Shown here in pieces: positions 36,068-43,444 of a stretch of 54,408 bases of DNA. A program made the translations under genes and the position numbers. This DNA is from an uncultured Candidatus Saccharibacteria bacterium. Its GTDB lineage: Bacteria > Patescibacteriota > Minisyncoccia > Minisyncoccales > CAYTKG01. How positions within the stretch are numbered: the stretch's first letter is position 1; the number at the start of each line of letters is the position of its first letter. The notes under the pieces were generated by a model, which was not told the DNA's origin, did not search any database, and saw only the letters and a program-made list of their open reading frames with translations. The stretch covers positions 1 to 54,408 of the forward strand of contig CAZTOB010000002.1 in assembly GCA_964615425.1 (NCBI GenBank), read 5' to 3'.

Positions 36068-36387
36068 TATAATTTAAGCTTCTTCTGCCGGAACAGATTA
36101 ATGGTTTGCAAAGATTCTTTTTTTCCTTTTCCTGTTAGAGAAAATCCTTCCTCCGGCGATCCTTTAACCAACCCTTCTTCACGCAGAAAACGCAGGGGTC
36201 TCCCCAGTTTACGAGCATCCGGCCAATTTTTATGGTTTTGAAAAGAGAATTTCTCAGGAAAAAGATTAAAACAGGTTGCAAGAAGTTCTTCAAACCTTGA
36301 CTCTTTCTGCAATTCATAAAGCGAGACTAAAACAAGGTCCTTAACACTTGCCTTTTTGTAAACTTCCAATGGCCAAGACATATTCAA
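36067..36387 (-). CDS. Hypothetical small protein (possible winged-helix fold)
   Basis: 106-aa ORF whose stop overlaps the downstream start (TAATG). I recognised no motif. Confidence 0.5.
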   Translation of the reverse strand: MNMSWPLEVYKKASVKDLVLVSLYELQKESRFEELLATCFNLFPEKFSFQNHKNWPDARKLGRPLRFLREEGLVKGSPEEGFSLTGKGKKESLQTINLFRQKKLKL

Positions 36388-36399
36388 AAAATTAAAACT

Positions 36400-36675
36400 T
36401 CACTCTTTGTAGACTTTGTAGCCGTCCCGCACCTTTTCTTCCACCTTCAGCCCTACCTCGTCCCCCTTGCCCGCTTTGGCAATTTTTTCATGATCCACCT
36501 CCATTGAAGAAACATCCTGTTCAAAATCAGTGTCCATACCTCCGACTATTCTTATCCGGTCTCCCTCTTTTAAGGTGCCGGAAAGTTTCAAAACGGCCAC
36601 CTTCAAGTCACCGAAGTAGTGAATTATTTCTCCCACCTCCTTCCATTCGGATAGTTTTTTTTCTTCTTTTGCCAT
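36400..36675 (-). CDS. Small beta-barrel protein resembling translation-factor domain II (EF-Tu/IF2 D2-like)
   Basis: 91 aa. The VAVLKLSGTLKEGDRIRIVG...GDEVGLKV pattern is typical of the translation-protein beta-barrel. Confidence 0.45.
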   Translation of the reverse strand: MAKEEKKLSEWKEVGEIIHYFGDLKVAVLKLSGTLKEGDRIRIVGGMDTDFEQDVSSMEVDHEKIAKAGKGDEVGLKVEEKVRDGYKVYKE

Positions 36676-36696
36676 TTGATTTAAAAAATTAGCTTG

Positions 36697-37314
36697 TCAA
36701 ATCTTACGACCTTTAAAATACTTTTGAGCTTCGAAATAAGTTTCCATCTTTTTTTTGTGATCTTCCACCTTGTCACAAACCCGCTCCACCAAGGCCTTCG
36801 GATCGCTGTCATAAACAATGTGGCCCGGCCCTTTGTTGGCTCTTTTGACAATTTCTTTTATCATATCCGCCGTTCCCCCCGTACCTTCCAGAACCCCCAC
36901 CAATCTATCATCTTCGAAACAAACAGTAAATTCATTCAAGGTTCCCATACGACCGCAAATAAAGATAACGGCGTCAGCCATTCTCATTAACCATACGTTG
37001 CGGGCGGAAAATCCGTAGCCGGTATAAAAAATTAGATCAAAAATATCAGTGGGCATCTTAAACTGATTGTAGTGGTCTTTTTCTGAAATAGCGGGCGAGA
37101 CCCCGATGGAAAGACCTCCTTTTTCCTTGGCTCCCCGAACCGCTTCATAGGGCATTCCCCAACAGGCGCCGGTTAAAACCGCACCGTCGTGGGAGACGAT
37201 TTGCCTTCCTATTTCCCTTGCTTTTTCAGTCGCCCCCGAAAGGCAATGATCGGTCGTTTCAGCCCCGGAGACGGCAATTTTGTACTTAAAATTAAAATCT
37301 TTCAGACTCTGCAT
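36697..37314 (-). CDS. LOG/SLOG-superfamily Rossmann protein (TIGR00725-like)
   Basis: 205 aa with IAVSGAE...GAVLTGACWGMPYEAVRGAKEKGGLSIGVSP...ADAVIFICGRMGTLNEF. Confidence 0.6.
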   Translation of the reverse strand: MQSLKDFNFKYKIAVSGAETTDHCLSGATEKAREIGRQIVSHDGAVLTGACWGMPYEAVRGAKEKGGLSIGVSPAISEKDHYNQFKMPTDIFDLIFYTGYGFSARNVWLMRMADAVIFICGRMGTLNEFTVCFEDDRLVGVLEGTGGTADMIKEIVKRANKGPGHIVYDSDPKALVERVCDKVEDHKKKMETYFEAQKYFKGRKI

Positions 37315-37377
37315 AAGGTAAATAATTTAAAAACTCATATTACCTTATTATATTCCAAATATGCTTTTTATCCAAAT

Positions 37378-37408
37378 AAAAAGCTCCCCACCTGGACAGG
37401 TGGGGAGC
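37378..37408 (-). terminator. Intrinsic terminator
   Basis: On the minus strand GCUCCCCACC-UGUCCA-GGUGGGGAGC forms a 10-bp stem followed by UUUUU. Confidence 0.85.
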
Positions 37409-37548
37409 AAGGGGTTTTGGCCTGCTCAAAAGACAAGTTCCGGAAACCCGCGGGGGACAATCCCACTGGGCTATGCACATCTTAATCTTTTAAGCAGGGG
37501 GTTGTCCTTGGGGAACTAGAAGCTCTTGCTCCCGTCCCCTCACCCCTC
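37378..37548 (-). ncRNA. Candidate structured RNA, about 171 nt: riboswitch-like leader or sRNA of unknown class
   Basis: It has its own TTGACA-16-TAAAAT promoter. Structural elements include a 13-bp helix (37486-37498 / 37421-37433), a possible pseudoknot (37499-37507 / 37455-37464), and a 5' segment that can pair with the left arm of the terminator. A strong terminator is followed by the LOG-like gene 64 nt downstream. Confidence 0.6.
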
Positions 37549-37554
37549 AAAATT

Positions 37555-37582
37555 ATTTTACTCTTTAAAAGCGGATTGTCAA
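37555..37582 (-). promoter_or_regulatory. Sigma70-type promoter directly after tRNA-Arg
   Basis: On the minus strand TTGACA lies at 37582-37577, followed by a 16-nt spacer and TAAAAT at 37560-37555. Confidence 0.55.
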
Positions 37583-37583
37583 G

Positions 37584-37655
37584 TGCTCCCAGAAGGATTC
37601 GAACCTTCAGCTCGGCCTCCGGAGGGCCGCGCTTTATCCATTAAGCGATGGGAGC
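37584..37655 (-). tRNA. tRNA-Arg(CCG)
   Basis: The fold was done by hand. The acceptor stem is GCUCCCA/UGGGAGC, the D-stem is GCUU/AAGC, the anticodon stem is CGGCC/GGCCG with loop CUCCGGA, and the T-arm is GAAGG-UUCGAAU-CCUUC with discriminator A. No CCA is encoded. Confidence 0.9.
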
Positions 37656-38351
37656 TTTTGAAACAACATAAATGTTTCTTTTAGAGGTCAAAAATCCGCT
37701 TTCTTCAACTATCAATCCGGCCTCTTTCGTTAATCCTACCAACTCTCTTTTGGTAAAACAATGAAAAAACCTTTGGGCAATTATTTCACTTTTTTCGTTT
37801 TTCCAGGGGTAATGTAAGTCCCTCCAGCCCAAATCACCACCTATAATTTTTTCTTTCCAGGAAGCAAAATGATTTTTTAAAAACCTCATCCTCCATAAAT
37901 TCCAAACAACAACAATTAGAACCCCGCCTTCTTTTAAGACCCGGGAGGCTTCTTGGAGAAACAAAAGACGTTGACTGCGGGAAGGGATGTGGTGCAAGAC
38001 TGCAACCGCAAAAACCGCGTCAAACTCATTTTCAGAAAAAGGGAGATCAGCCCCGTCCGCTTTTAAAAATTTTTGGTTTTCAAGTTCAAATTTTTTACTC
38101 CTGCGAGCTAGAGAAATCAGTTTCCGAGAAACATCAACACCGACATACTCCACCTGTTTGTTTTTAAACAAGACCCGCAGACGACCGTTTCCGCACCCGA
38201 CGTCTAAAACCTTGTCTTTAGAACCAATTAAATCTCTAAACTTGAAAAGAGCGGGCCAGACCTTAAAACGGGTCCGGGAAAAATCATCCGCTATTTTATC
38301 ATAGTCTCTTTCCGTTTTTTTCTTTATTGTTTTTGCGGTTTTTTCTTTCAT
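37641..38351 (-). CDS. Class I SAM-dependent methyltransferase, Trm9/ALKBH8-MT-like (putative tRNA cm5U34 methyltransferase)
   Basis: YDKIADDFSRTRFKVWP resembles yeast Trm9 YNEIAPHFSQTRYKPWP. VLDVGCGNGR is SAM motif I, and AVAVLHHIPSRSQR and the later RFFHCFTKRELVGL also fit. The gene is divergent from elp3. Confidence 0.6.
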   Translation of the reverse strand: MKEKTAKTIKKKTERDYDKIADDFSRTRFKVWPALFKFRDLIGSKDKVLDVGCGNGRLRVLFKNKQVEYVGVDVSRKLISLARRSKKFELENQKFLKADGADLPFSENEFDAVFAVAVLHHIPSRSQRLLFLQEASRVLKEGGVLIVVVWNLWRMRFLKNHFASWKEKIIGGDLGWRDLHYPWKNEKSEIIAQRFFHCFTKRELVGLTKEAGLIVEESGFLTSKRNIYVVSKAPIA

Positions 38352-38378
38352 AAATTAGTATTAGTATAAAGAAAAACT

Positions 38379-39944
38379 ATGAATTTGGAAAAAGAAATCG
38401 TTAAAAATTTAGAAAGAATCAAAGAAAAAGACCGGGATTTGGTAAGAAAGGTGAAAAGAAAAGTTTGCAGGAAATACGGCAAACCCCTTCCTAAAAACAC
38501 GGATCTTCTTAGCACCTACCGCGAAATGGTGGAAAAGAAAGAAATGAAAAGAAATCGTCTTCTCGAATGGCTTCTTATCACCCGCCCCGTCCGTTCACTT
38601 TCCGGAATCGTTAACGTCACCGTTTTAACCAAACCTTTTCTCTGCCCCGGACAATGCATCTTTTGCCCCAATGAACCGGGTTTCCCCAAAAGTTACCTAG
38701 CCGGAGAGCCGGCAGCCGACCGAGCCGAAGGAGTAGATTTTGACCCCTATCTTCAGGTAAATGAAAGATTGAAAAGTCTAAGAGCCCAGGGCCACCCGGT
38801 AGAAAAAATTGAACTTAGAATAGTGGGAGGAACCTGGAGCGCTTACCCGGAAGAATACAAAAAAAACTTTTTAAAAAACTGTTTTGAGGCGGCAAACAAC
38901 TTTCCTGATGTTTTTAAAACTAAAAAAACATTGCCTGAGCTCCAAAAAGAAAACGAAAAAGCAAAATCAAGGATTGTCGGTCTTTCCGTTGAAACACGGC
39001 CTGACCACATCAACAAGAAGGAGATAAGAAGTCTCAGGGAGTCGGGGGTAACCCTTGTGGAGATAGGAGTTCAAACTGTTTTTGACGAGATACACCGTAA
39101 GTGCCAAACCAATCTTTCTGTTAAAAAAATAAGTCGGGCCAACCGTCTTTTAAAAGACGCAGGGTTTAAGGTCTTGTGGCAGGTAATGCCCGGGCTGCCG
39201 GGCTCAAACTTGAAAAAAGACCTTGAGATGTTTGAAATTATTTTTCAAGATCCCCGCTTCAAACCGGACTGGCTGAAAATATATCCTTGTTTGGTTTGTG
39301 AAAACACCAAGCTTTACCAGTTATGGAAAGAAAAAAAATACAAACCCTATTCACAAGAACAACTTATTGAACTTTTGAAAAAAGTGCGTTTAAAACTCCC
39401 CCGCTGGGTCAGGGTAGCCCGCATCTTTAGAGACATCCCAGCGGAAAAGATAAAAGGGGGGTGTACCACTTCCAACCTGAGGGAGCTTCTTGACCAGGAA
39501 CAAAAGTGCGGGTGTATAAGATGCAGAGAGGTTAAAGACCGCTTTGACCCAGAAGAAGAAGTATTCCTGTTCCGAGAAGACTACAAAGCTTCAGGCGGAA
39601 GAGAAATATTTCTATCCTTTGAAAATAAAAAGAGAACAAAACTTTTCTCTCTTCTCCGCCTCCGTCTGCCGGGAGAAGAAATTTTCCCTCTTTTTAAAAA
39701 CTCCGGAATTATAAGAGAGGTCCAAACCTTCGGCCCCCAGATCCCCTTGACCCAAAGGGGGAAAGGAGTCCAGCACAAAGGGTTGGGCCGGAAGCTCATT
39801 AAAAAAGCGGAGGAAATAGCTGAAAACGAATTCAATAAAAAAAAGATGGTAATTATTTCAGGCGTAGGGGCAAAAGAGTATTACCGCCAAAAACACAACT
39901 ACCACCTGGAGAAAACTTACATGACCAAAAGACTAAACTCGTGA
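38379..39944 (+). CDS. elp3: Elp3-family radical SAM + GNAT enzyme (tRNA U34 carboxymethyl-forming Elongator subunit 3 homologue)
   Basis: 521 aa. It has a radical-SAM cluster region (CPGQCIFCPNE), the elongated Elp3 architecture and a C-terminal GNAT acetyl-CoA motif (VQHKGLGRKLIKKAEEIA). Confidence 0.85.
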   Translation: MNLEKEIVKNLERIKEKDRDLVRKVKRKVCRKYGKPLPKNTDLLSTYREMVEKKEMKRNRLLEWLLITRPVRSLSGIVNVTVLTKPFLCPGQCIFCPNEPGFPKSYLAGEPAADRAEGVDFDPYLQVNERLKSLRAQGHPVEKIELRIVGGTWSAYPEEYKKNFLKNCFEAANNFPDVFKTKKTLPELQKENEKAKSRIVGLSVETRPDHINKKEIRSLRESGVTLVEIGVQTVFDEIHRKCQTNLSVKKISRANRLLKDAGFKVLWQVMPGLPGSNLKKDLEMFEIIFQDPRFKPDWLKIYPCLVCENTKLYQLWKEKKYKPYSQEQLIELLKKVRLKLPRWVRVARIFRDIPAEKIKGGCTTSNLRELLDQEQKCGCIRCREVKDRFDPEEEVFLFREDYKASGGREIFLSFENKKRTKLFSLLRLRLPGEEIFPLFKNSGIIREVQTFGPQIPLTQRGKGVQHKGLGRKLIKKAEEIAENEFNKKKMVIISGVGAKEYYRQKHNYHLEKTYMTKRLNS

Positions 39945-40877
39945 AACGCGGGTAAAGCCGGAGCAGGGTACCACCTTAACACCCCCTTTTTCCAACTGGT
40001 CTGCAAATAAATTAACACCCAGCGAGTCAGAAGACATGTGCCCGGCAATTACAACATTTAAAAGGGCCTTCTTGGCTTCTTCATAGTGCTCTTTGCCGAT
40101 GTGCATCCCCACCACCGTTCCTATGCCCGCCTGAGCCATTTTTTCATAAATTTTGGGAGAGCCCTCGGTTCCCCCCGTTATCTCCGTAAGAGCAATCTTT
40201 CCGCACCTTCTTTCCGGACTGCCGACAAACGCCTTCGGGCCGGCCCCTATCTCTTTGGCTTTTTCGTACTCAGGGATATTTTTCAAAAGTTCAAGAAGGT
40301 CCTTTAGTCTTTTTGGCTTTTCTTTTTCAACTTTCTTTTTCAAAAAATTGGCCGCCAAGTTGTCACAAACCGTATGAAGACACATCAAGTTGGTGCCTAA
40401 AATATTTGCCGCATCCACCGTGCGCTGATGGTTGGCGGCGTTGACTCCTCTTGCCACCTCGCTCATTCTTTCTTTAATCAAGGCCTCCCCGATATTGATG
40501 GGAACCCCGTAACTAGCTAAAACATCAGCCTGAAGGCTCATCACTTCGGAAAGACGGGCCAAACCTTTTCCCAAAGGATGATGAGATATAACAAGGTCAA
40601 TGTCTCCAAGCTTGTCCGCCATCAAAAGCTCCCCCGGCCCTATATCTATCCCCACCATGACCTTTTTTATCTCCCCATCCCGGCTGATATGTAAAACCCG
40701 GGAGTCAAAATAAGGATTATGAAGATCACTCTTGTCATATTCCTTTTTCTTTTTGGAAGAAAGCTTGTCATATTTTTCTTTTCTTCTTTTAAGAACTTCT
40801 TTTACACCTTCTTTTCCTCGAAAGTCCGCTCTCATCCCCATTTTAACCGCCAGTTTGTGTATTTCCTTAGTTTTCAT
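39933..40877 (-). CDS. NIF3-family (dinuclear metal centre) protein
   Basis: DLVISHHPL and the C-terminal AGHMSSD motif are present. I prefer the ATG at 40875-40877 because the longer TTG start at 40955 lies inside the U-tract of a terminator-like hairpin. Confidence 0.6.
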   Translation of the reverse strand: MKTKEIHKLAVKMGMRADFRGKEGVKEVLKRRKEKYDKLSSKKKKEYDKSDLHNPYFDSRVLHISRDGEIKKVMVGIDIGPGELLMADKLGDIDLVISHHPLGKGLARLSEVMSLQADVLASYGVPINIGEALIKERMSEVARGVNAANHQRTVDAANILGTNLMCLHTVCDNLAANFLKKKVEKEKPKRLKDLLELLKNIPEYEKAKEIGAGPKAFVGSPERRCGKIALTEITGGTEGSPKIYEKMAQAGIGTVVGMHIGKEHYEEAKKALLNVVIAGHMSSDSLGVNLFADQLEKGGVKVVPCSGFTRVSRV

Positions 40878-40953
40878 CTTTTTGTTTGTTATCCCTGTAA
40901 TTTTTAAACCTCGAGTAAAGCTCTTCTTCTTGTTTCTCTCTTTCTTTTTTGTC

Positions 40954-40977
40954 AAAAACCTCCCGCCTTATGCGGGC
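40954..40977 (-). terminator. Possible intrinsic terminator after rtcB
   Basis: On the minus strand CCCGC-AUAAG-GCGGG is followed by AGGUUUUUG. The stem is short, at 5 GC pairs. Confidence 0.4.
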
Positions 40978-41024
40978 TTTTTCCTTTCTTATGAATTTTT
41001 TTAAACCTTTGGATAGCTTCATAT

Positions 41025-42467
41025 TTATTCTCCCTTGATTACCGCCAAAGGACGCACCTTAGCCACCTTACGGGCTAAGCCTGCCCCCTCCACCACCTCA
41101 ACCACATTGTTTACATCTTTATAAGCCAGGGGTGCTTCTTCAGCCACTCCGCGCATCGAATAACACCTTACCAAAACTCCCTTTCTATCCAAATCGTCCA
41201 CCAACTTGCCCCCGGAAACCCTTCTTTTAGCCTCGGTCCTGGACATTGTTCTCCCCGCACCGTGGCAGACGCTGTAAAAAGCATCTCCTCCAGAAGAACT
41301 CCCGGCTAAAATATACGAGGATGTTCCCATGGAACCCGGGACAAGAACCGGCTGACCTGCCTCAGCGTATCTTTGAGGCAGGTCCTCCCACCCAGGAGGA
41401 AAAGCTCTTGTGGCTCCTTTTCTGTGAACACAGACCTTCTTTAAAGAACCTCCCACCTTATGACGCTCCACCTTGGCGATATTGTGAGCCACGTCATAAA
41501 CCAAATTTAAAGAAACTTTCTTGCCGAAAACTTGAGCCCAGGCCCTGCGTACATAGTGAGTAATGGACTGCCTGTTGGCCCAAGCATAATTGGAAGCAGC
41601 GCTTAAAGCTTTTAAGAATCTTTGCCCCTCGCTGGATTTAAACGGCATACAAGCCAACTCTCTGTCGGGAAGGGTTATATTATACTTGTTCATAGCTTGT
41701 CGAGCCACCTTCAAGTAGTCGTTGCAGTTTTGATGTCCGAGGCCTCGTGAGCCTGTATGAATCATAACTGTCACCATCCCCTCCTCAAGCCCAAAAATGT
41801 CAGCCGTTTTCTTATCAAAGATCTTTTCCACAACTTGAATTTCTAAAAAGTGGTTGCCACTCCCCAGGGTTCCTATCTGATCATTGCCTCTCTTTTTTGC
41901 CTTGTCGCTTACGAAGCTTGCATCGGCAATTTCCAACCTTCCGTTCGATTCACAGTTTTCAACATCTCTTTTCTCCCCGTAACCCTGGCTTACAAGGTAG
42001 GGAACACCGCCTTCCAAAACCTTGTTCATTTGCGAACGGCTCAAAGAACTCTTTCTTCCCTGGCCAAGCCCGGAGGGCACATTTTCCTGCATTGAATCAG
42101 CCAGCTTTTTTATATAAGGCTTGATTTCTTCCTCATTAAAATCACTTGTTAAAAGTCGGACTCCGCAGTTCTCATCATAGCCGATCGCGCCAGGGGAGAT
42201 GACACCCTTTTCAAGATCCATTGCCGCTACCCCGCCGATGGGAAAACCATATCCCTGGTGCATATCGGGCATAGCCAAAGCATACTTAACAATCCCGGGC
42301 AAAGTGGTCGCATTGACCAATTGGTCCAAAGATTTATCTTCAAAGGCCATGTCAAACATCTTATCGGAAGAGTAAAAACGAGCCGGAACCCGCATGTCTT
42401 CACGAAAAGACTTGGGAATCTCCCAGATGTAATCATTTATCCTTTTTGTATCTTCTTTTTTGATCAT
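41025..42467 (-). CDS. rtcB: RtcB RNA 3'-phosphate/2',3'-cyclic phosphate ligase
   Basis: 480 aa with DMHQGYGFPIGG, GSGNHF, HTGSRGLGHQ and the C-terminal region HGAGR. Confidence 0.93.
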   Translation of the reverse strand: MIKKEDTKRINDYIWEIPKSFREDMRVPARFYSSDKMFDMAFEDKSLDQLVNATTLPGIVKYALAMPDMHQGYGFPIGGVAAMDLEKGVISPGAIGYDENCGVRLLTSDFNEEEIKPYIKKLADSMQENVPSGLGQGRKSSLSRSQMNKVLEGGVPYLVSQGYGEKRDVENCESNGRLEIADASFVSDKAKKRGNDQIGTLGSGNHFLEIQVVEKIFDKKTADIFGLEEGMVTVMIHTGSRGLGHQNCNDYLKVARQAMNKYNITLPDRELACMPFKSSEGQRFLKALSAASNYAWANRQSITHYVRRAWAQVFGKKVSLNLVYDVAHNIAKVERHKVGGSLKKVCVHRKGATRAFPPGWEDLPQRYAEAGQPVLVPGSMGTSSYILAGSSSGGDAFYSVCHGAGRTMSRTEAKRRVSGGKLVDDLDRKGVLVRCYSMRGVAEEAPLAYKDVNNVVEVVEGAGLARKVAKVRPLAVIKGE

Positions 42468-42871
42468 ATATCAAACAAAATCTTAGCCCTCCATCTTTTT
42501 CCACGTTTTTCAAGTTCCAAGTCATGAAAGGTGGCCGCTTTAACTTGAAGACCGAACCTTCTCACCTTCCATCCATATATCTTTCCCACCAGCTCGTTGT
42601 CTTCAAACTTGGAGAAATGAACGTGGGTGTAAACCTCGCGTTTAACCTCGCTTAAATAATTAACTTCATTTAAAAAATCCACCAAAAGCGCTTCCGCATC
42701 TTCAGAAAGGATCCTTATCTTCTCCTCAGCTTTTTCATCTTTCTTTTCCGGCCGCAGACCTTCTGCTAAAGCCTGCATCGCATTTTCAAAGAGAAGCTCC
42801 TTGTTTTTTCCGAAGACTTCAACCTCAAAATCAGCGGGATGCTCTAGGATTTTGTAAGGTTTTTGTGTCAT
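42464..42871 (-). CDS. Archease (RtcB activator)
   Basis: 135 aa. The N-terminal YKILEHPADFEVEVFG signature is present, and the stop overlaps the rtcB start (ATGA). Confidence 0.85.
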   Translation of the reverse strand: MTQKPYKILEHPADFEVEVFGKNKELLFENAMQALAEGLRPEKKDEKAEEKIRILSEDAEALLVDFLNEVNYLSEVKREVYTHVHFSKFEDNELVGKIYGWKVRRFGLQVKAATFHDLELEKRGKRWRAKILFDI

Positions 42872-42877
42872 AGACCG

Positions 42878-43444
42878 TTACTTCTTTTCCCCCAGCTTTT
42901 TTAAAGATTCTTCCACCATCTCCTCGGGATCATCTACCCCGTCAGGAAGCTCCAAAAGAACCTGCTCTACTTCATCCCGGGAAAATCCTAAGGAGACAAG
43001 CGCCTTGCGGGCCTCTTTCTTTTCAGAGAGTTCTTTCTTGTCAAGCTCTTTTACCCTGCCCGTAATCTCCAGTAAAACCCTTTTCATCTTTTTGGGACCG
43101 ACTCCTTTTATCTTTTTTGTAACTTGGCTTCCTCTTTTTTCAATCGCTTCTTTCAGCTTCTTCGCGTTGTCAAATCGCGCAAGAGAAAGAGCCGTCTTAC
43201 CTCCTATCCCTGAAATTCCGGATAAAAACTTGAAAAACTCCATCTTTTCAGAAGAAGAAAGTCCGTAAATATTCAGCTTGTCCCGACCCAAAACCGTTTC
43301 GGTGAAAAGTTCCACTTCGTCTCCCACTTTTTTCTTTTCAATCAATTTTTGGGTGACATAAACTTTGTAGCCGACATTAGTTGGGGCTACAACTAAAAAA
43401 TCCTCGCCCTTGGCTTTCACCTCTCCTTTTAAATAACCGATCAT
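42878..43444 (-). CDS. ruvA: Holliday junction branch migration complex subunit RuvA
   Basis: MIGYLKGEV is the N-terminal OB region, followed by HhH motifs (ISGIGGKTA, IKGVGPKKM). Confidence 0.9.
   Translation of the reverse strand: MIGYLKGEVKAKGEDFLVVAPTNVGYKVYVTQKLIEKKKVGDEVELFTETVLGRDKLNIYGLSSSEKMEFFKFLSGISGIGGKTALSLARFDNAKKLKEAIEKRGSQVTKKIKGVGPKKMKRVLLEITGRVKELDKKELSEKKEARKALVSLGFSRDEVEQVLLELPDGVDDPEEMVEESLKKLGEKK

Noticed and set aside
37189-37485. A 98-aa plus-strand ORF, and a 46-aa minus-strand ORF (MCIAQWDCPP...) starting at 37480, both overlapping the structured RNA region.
   Set aside because: Neither has a Shine-Dalgarno sequence. The plus-strand ORF overlaps the LOG-like gene antisense. 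The region is better explained by a promoter, helices and a terminator.
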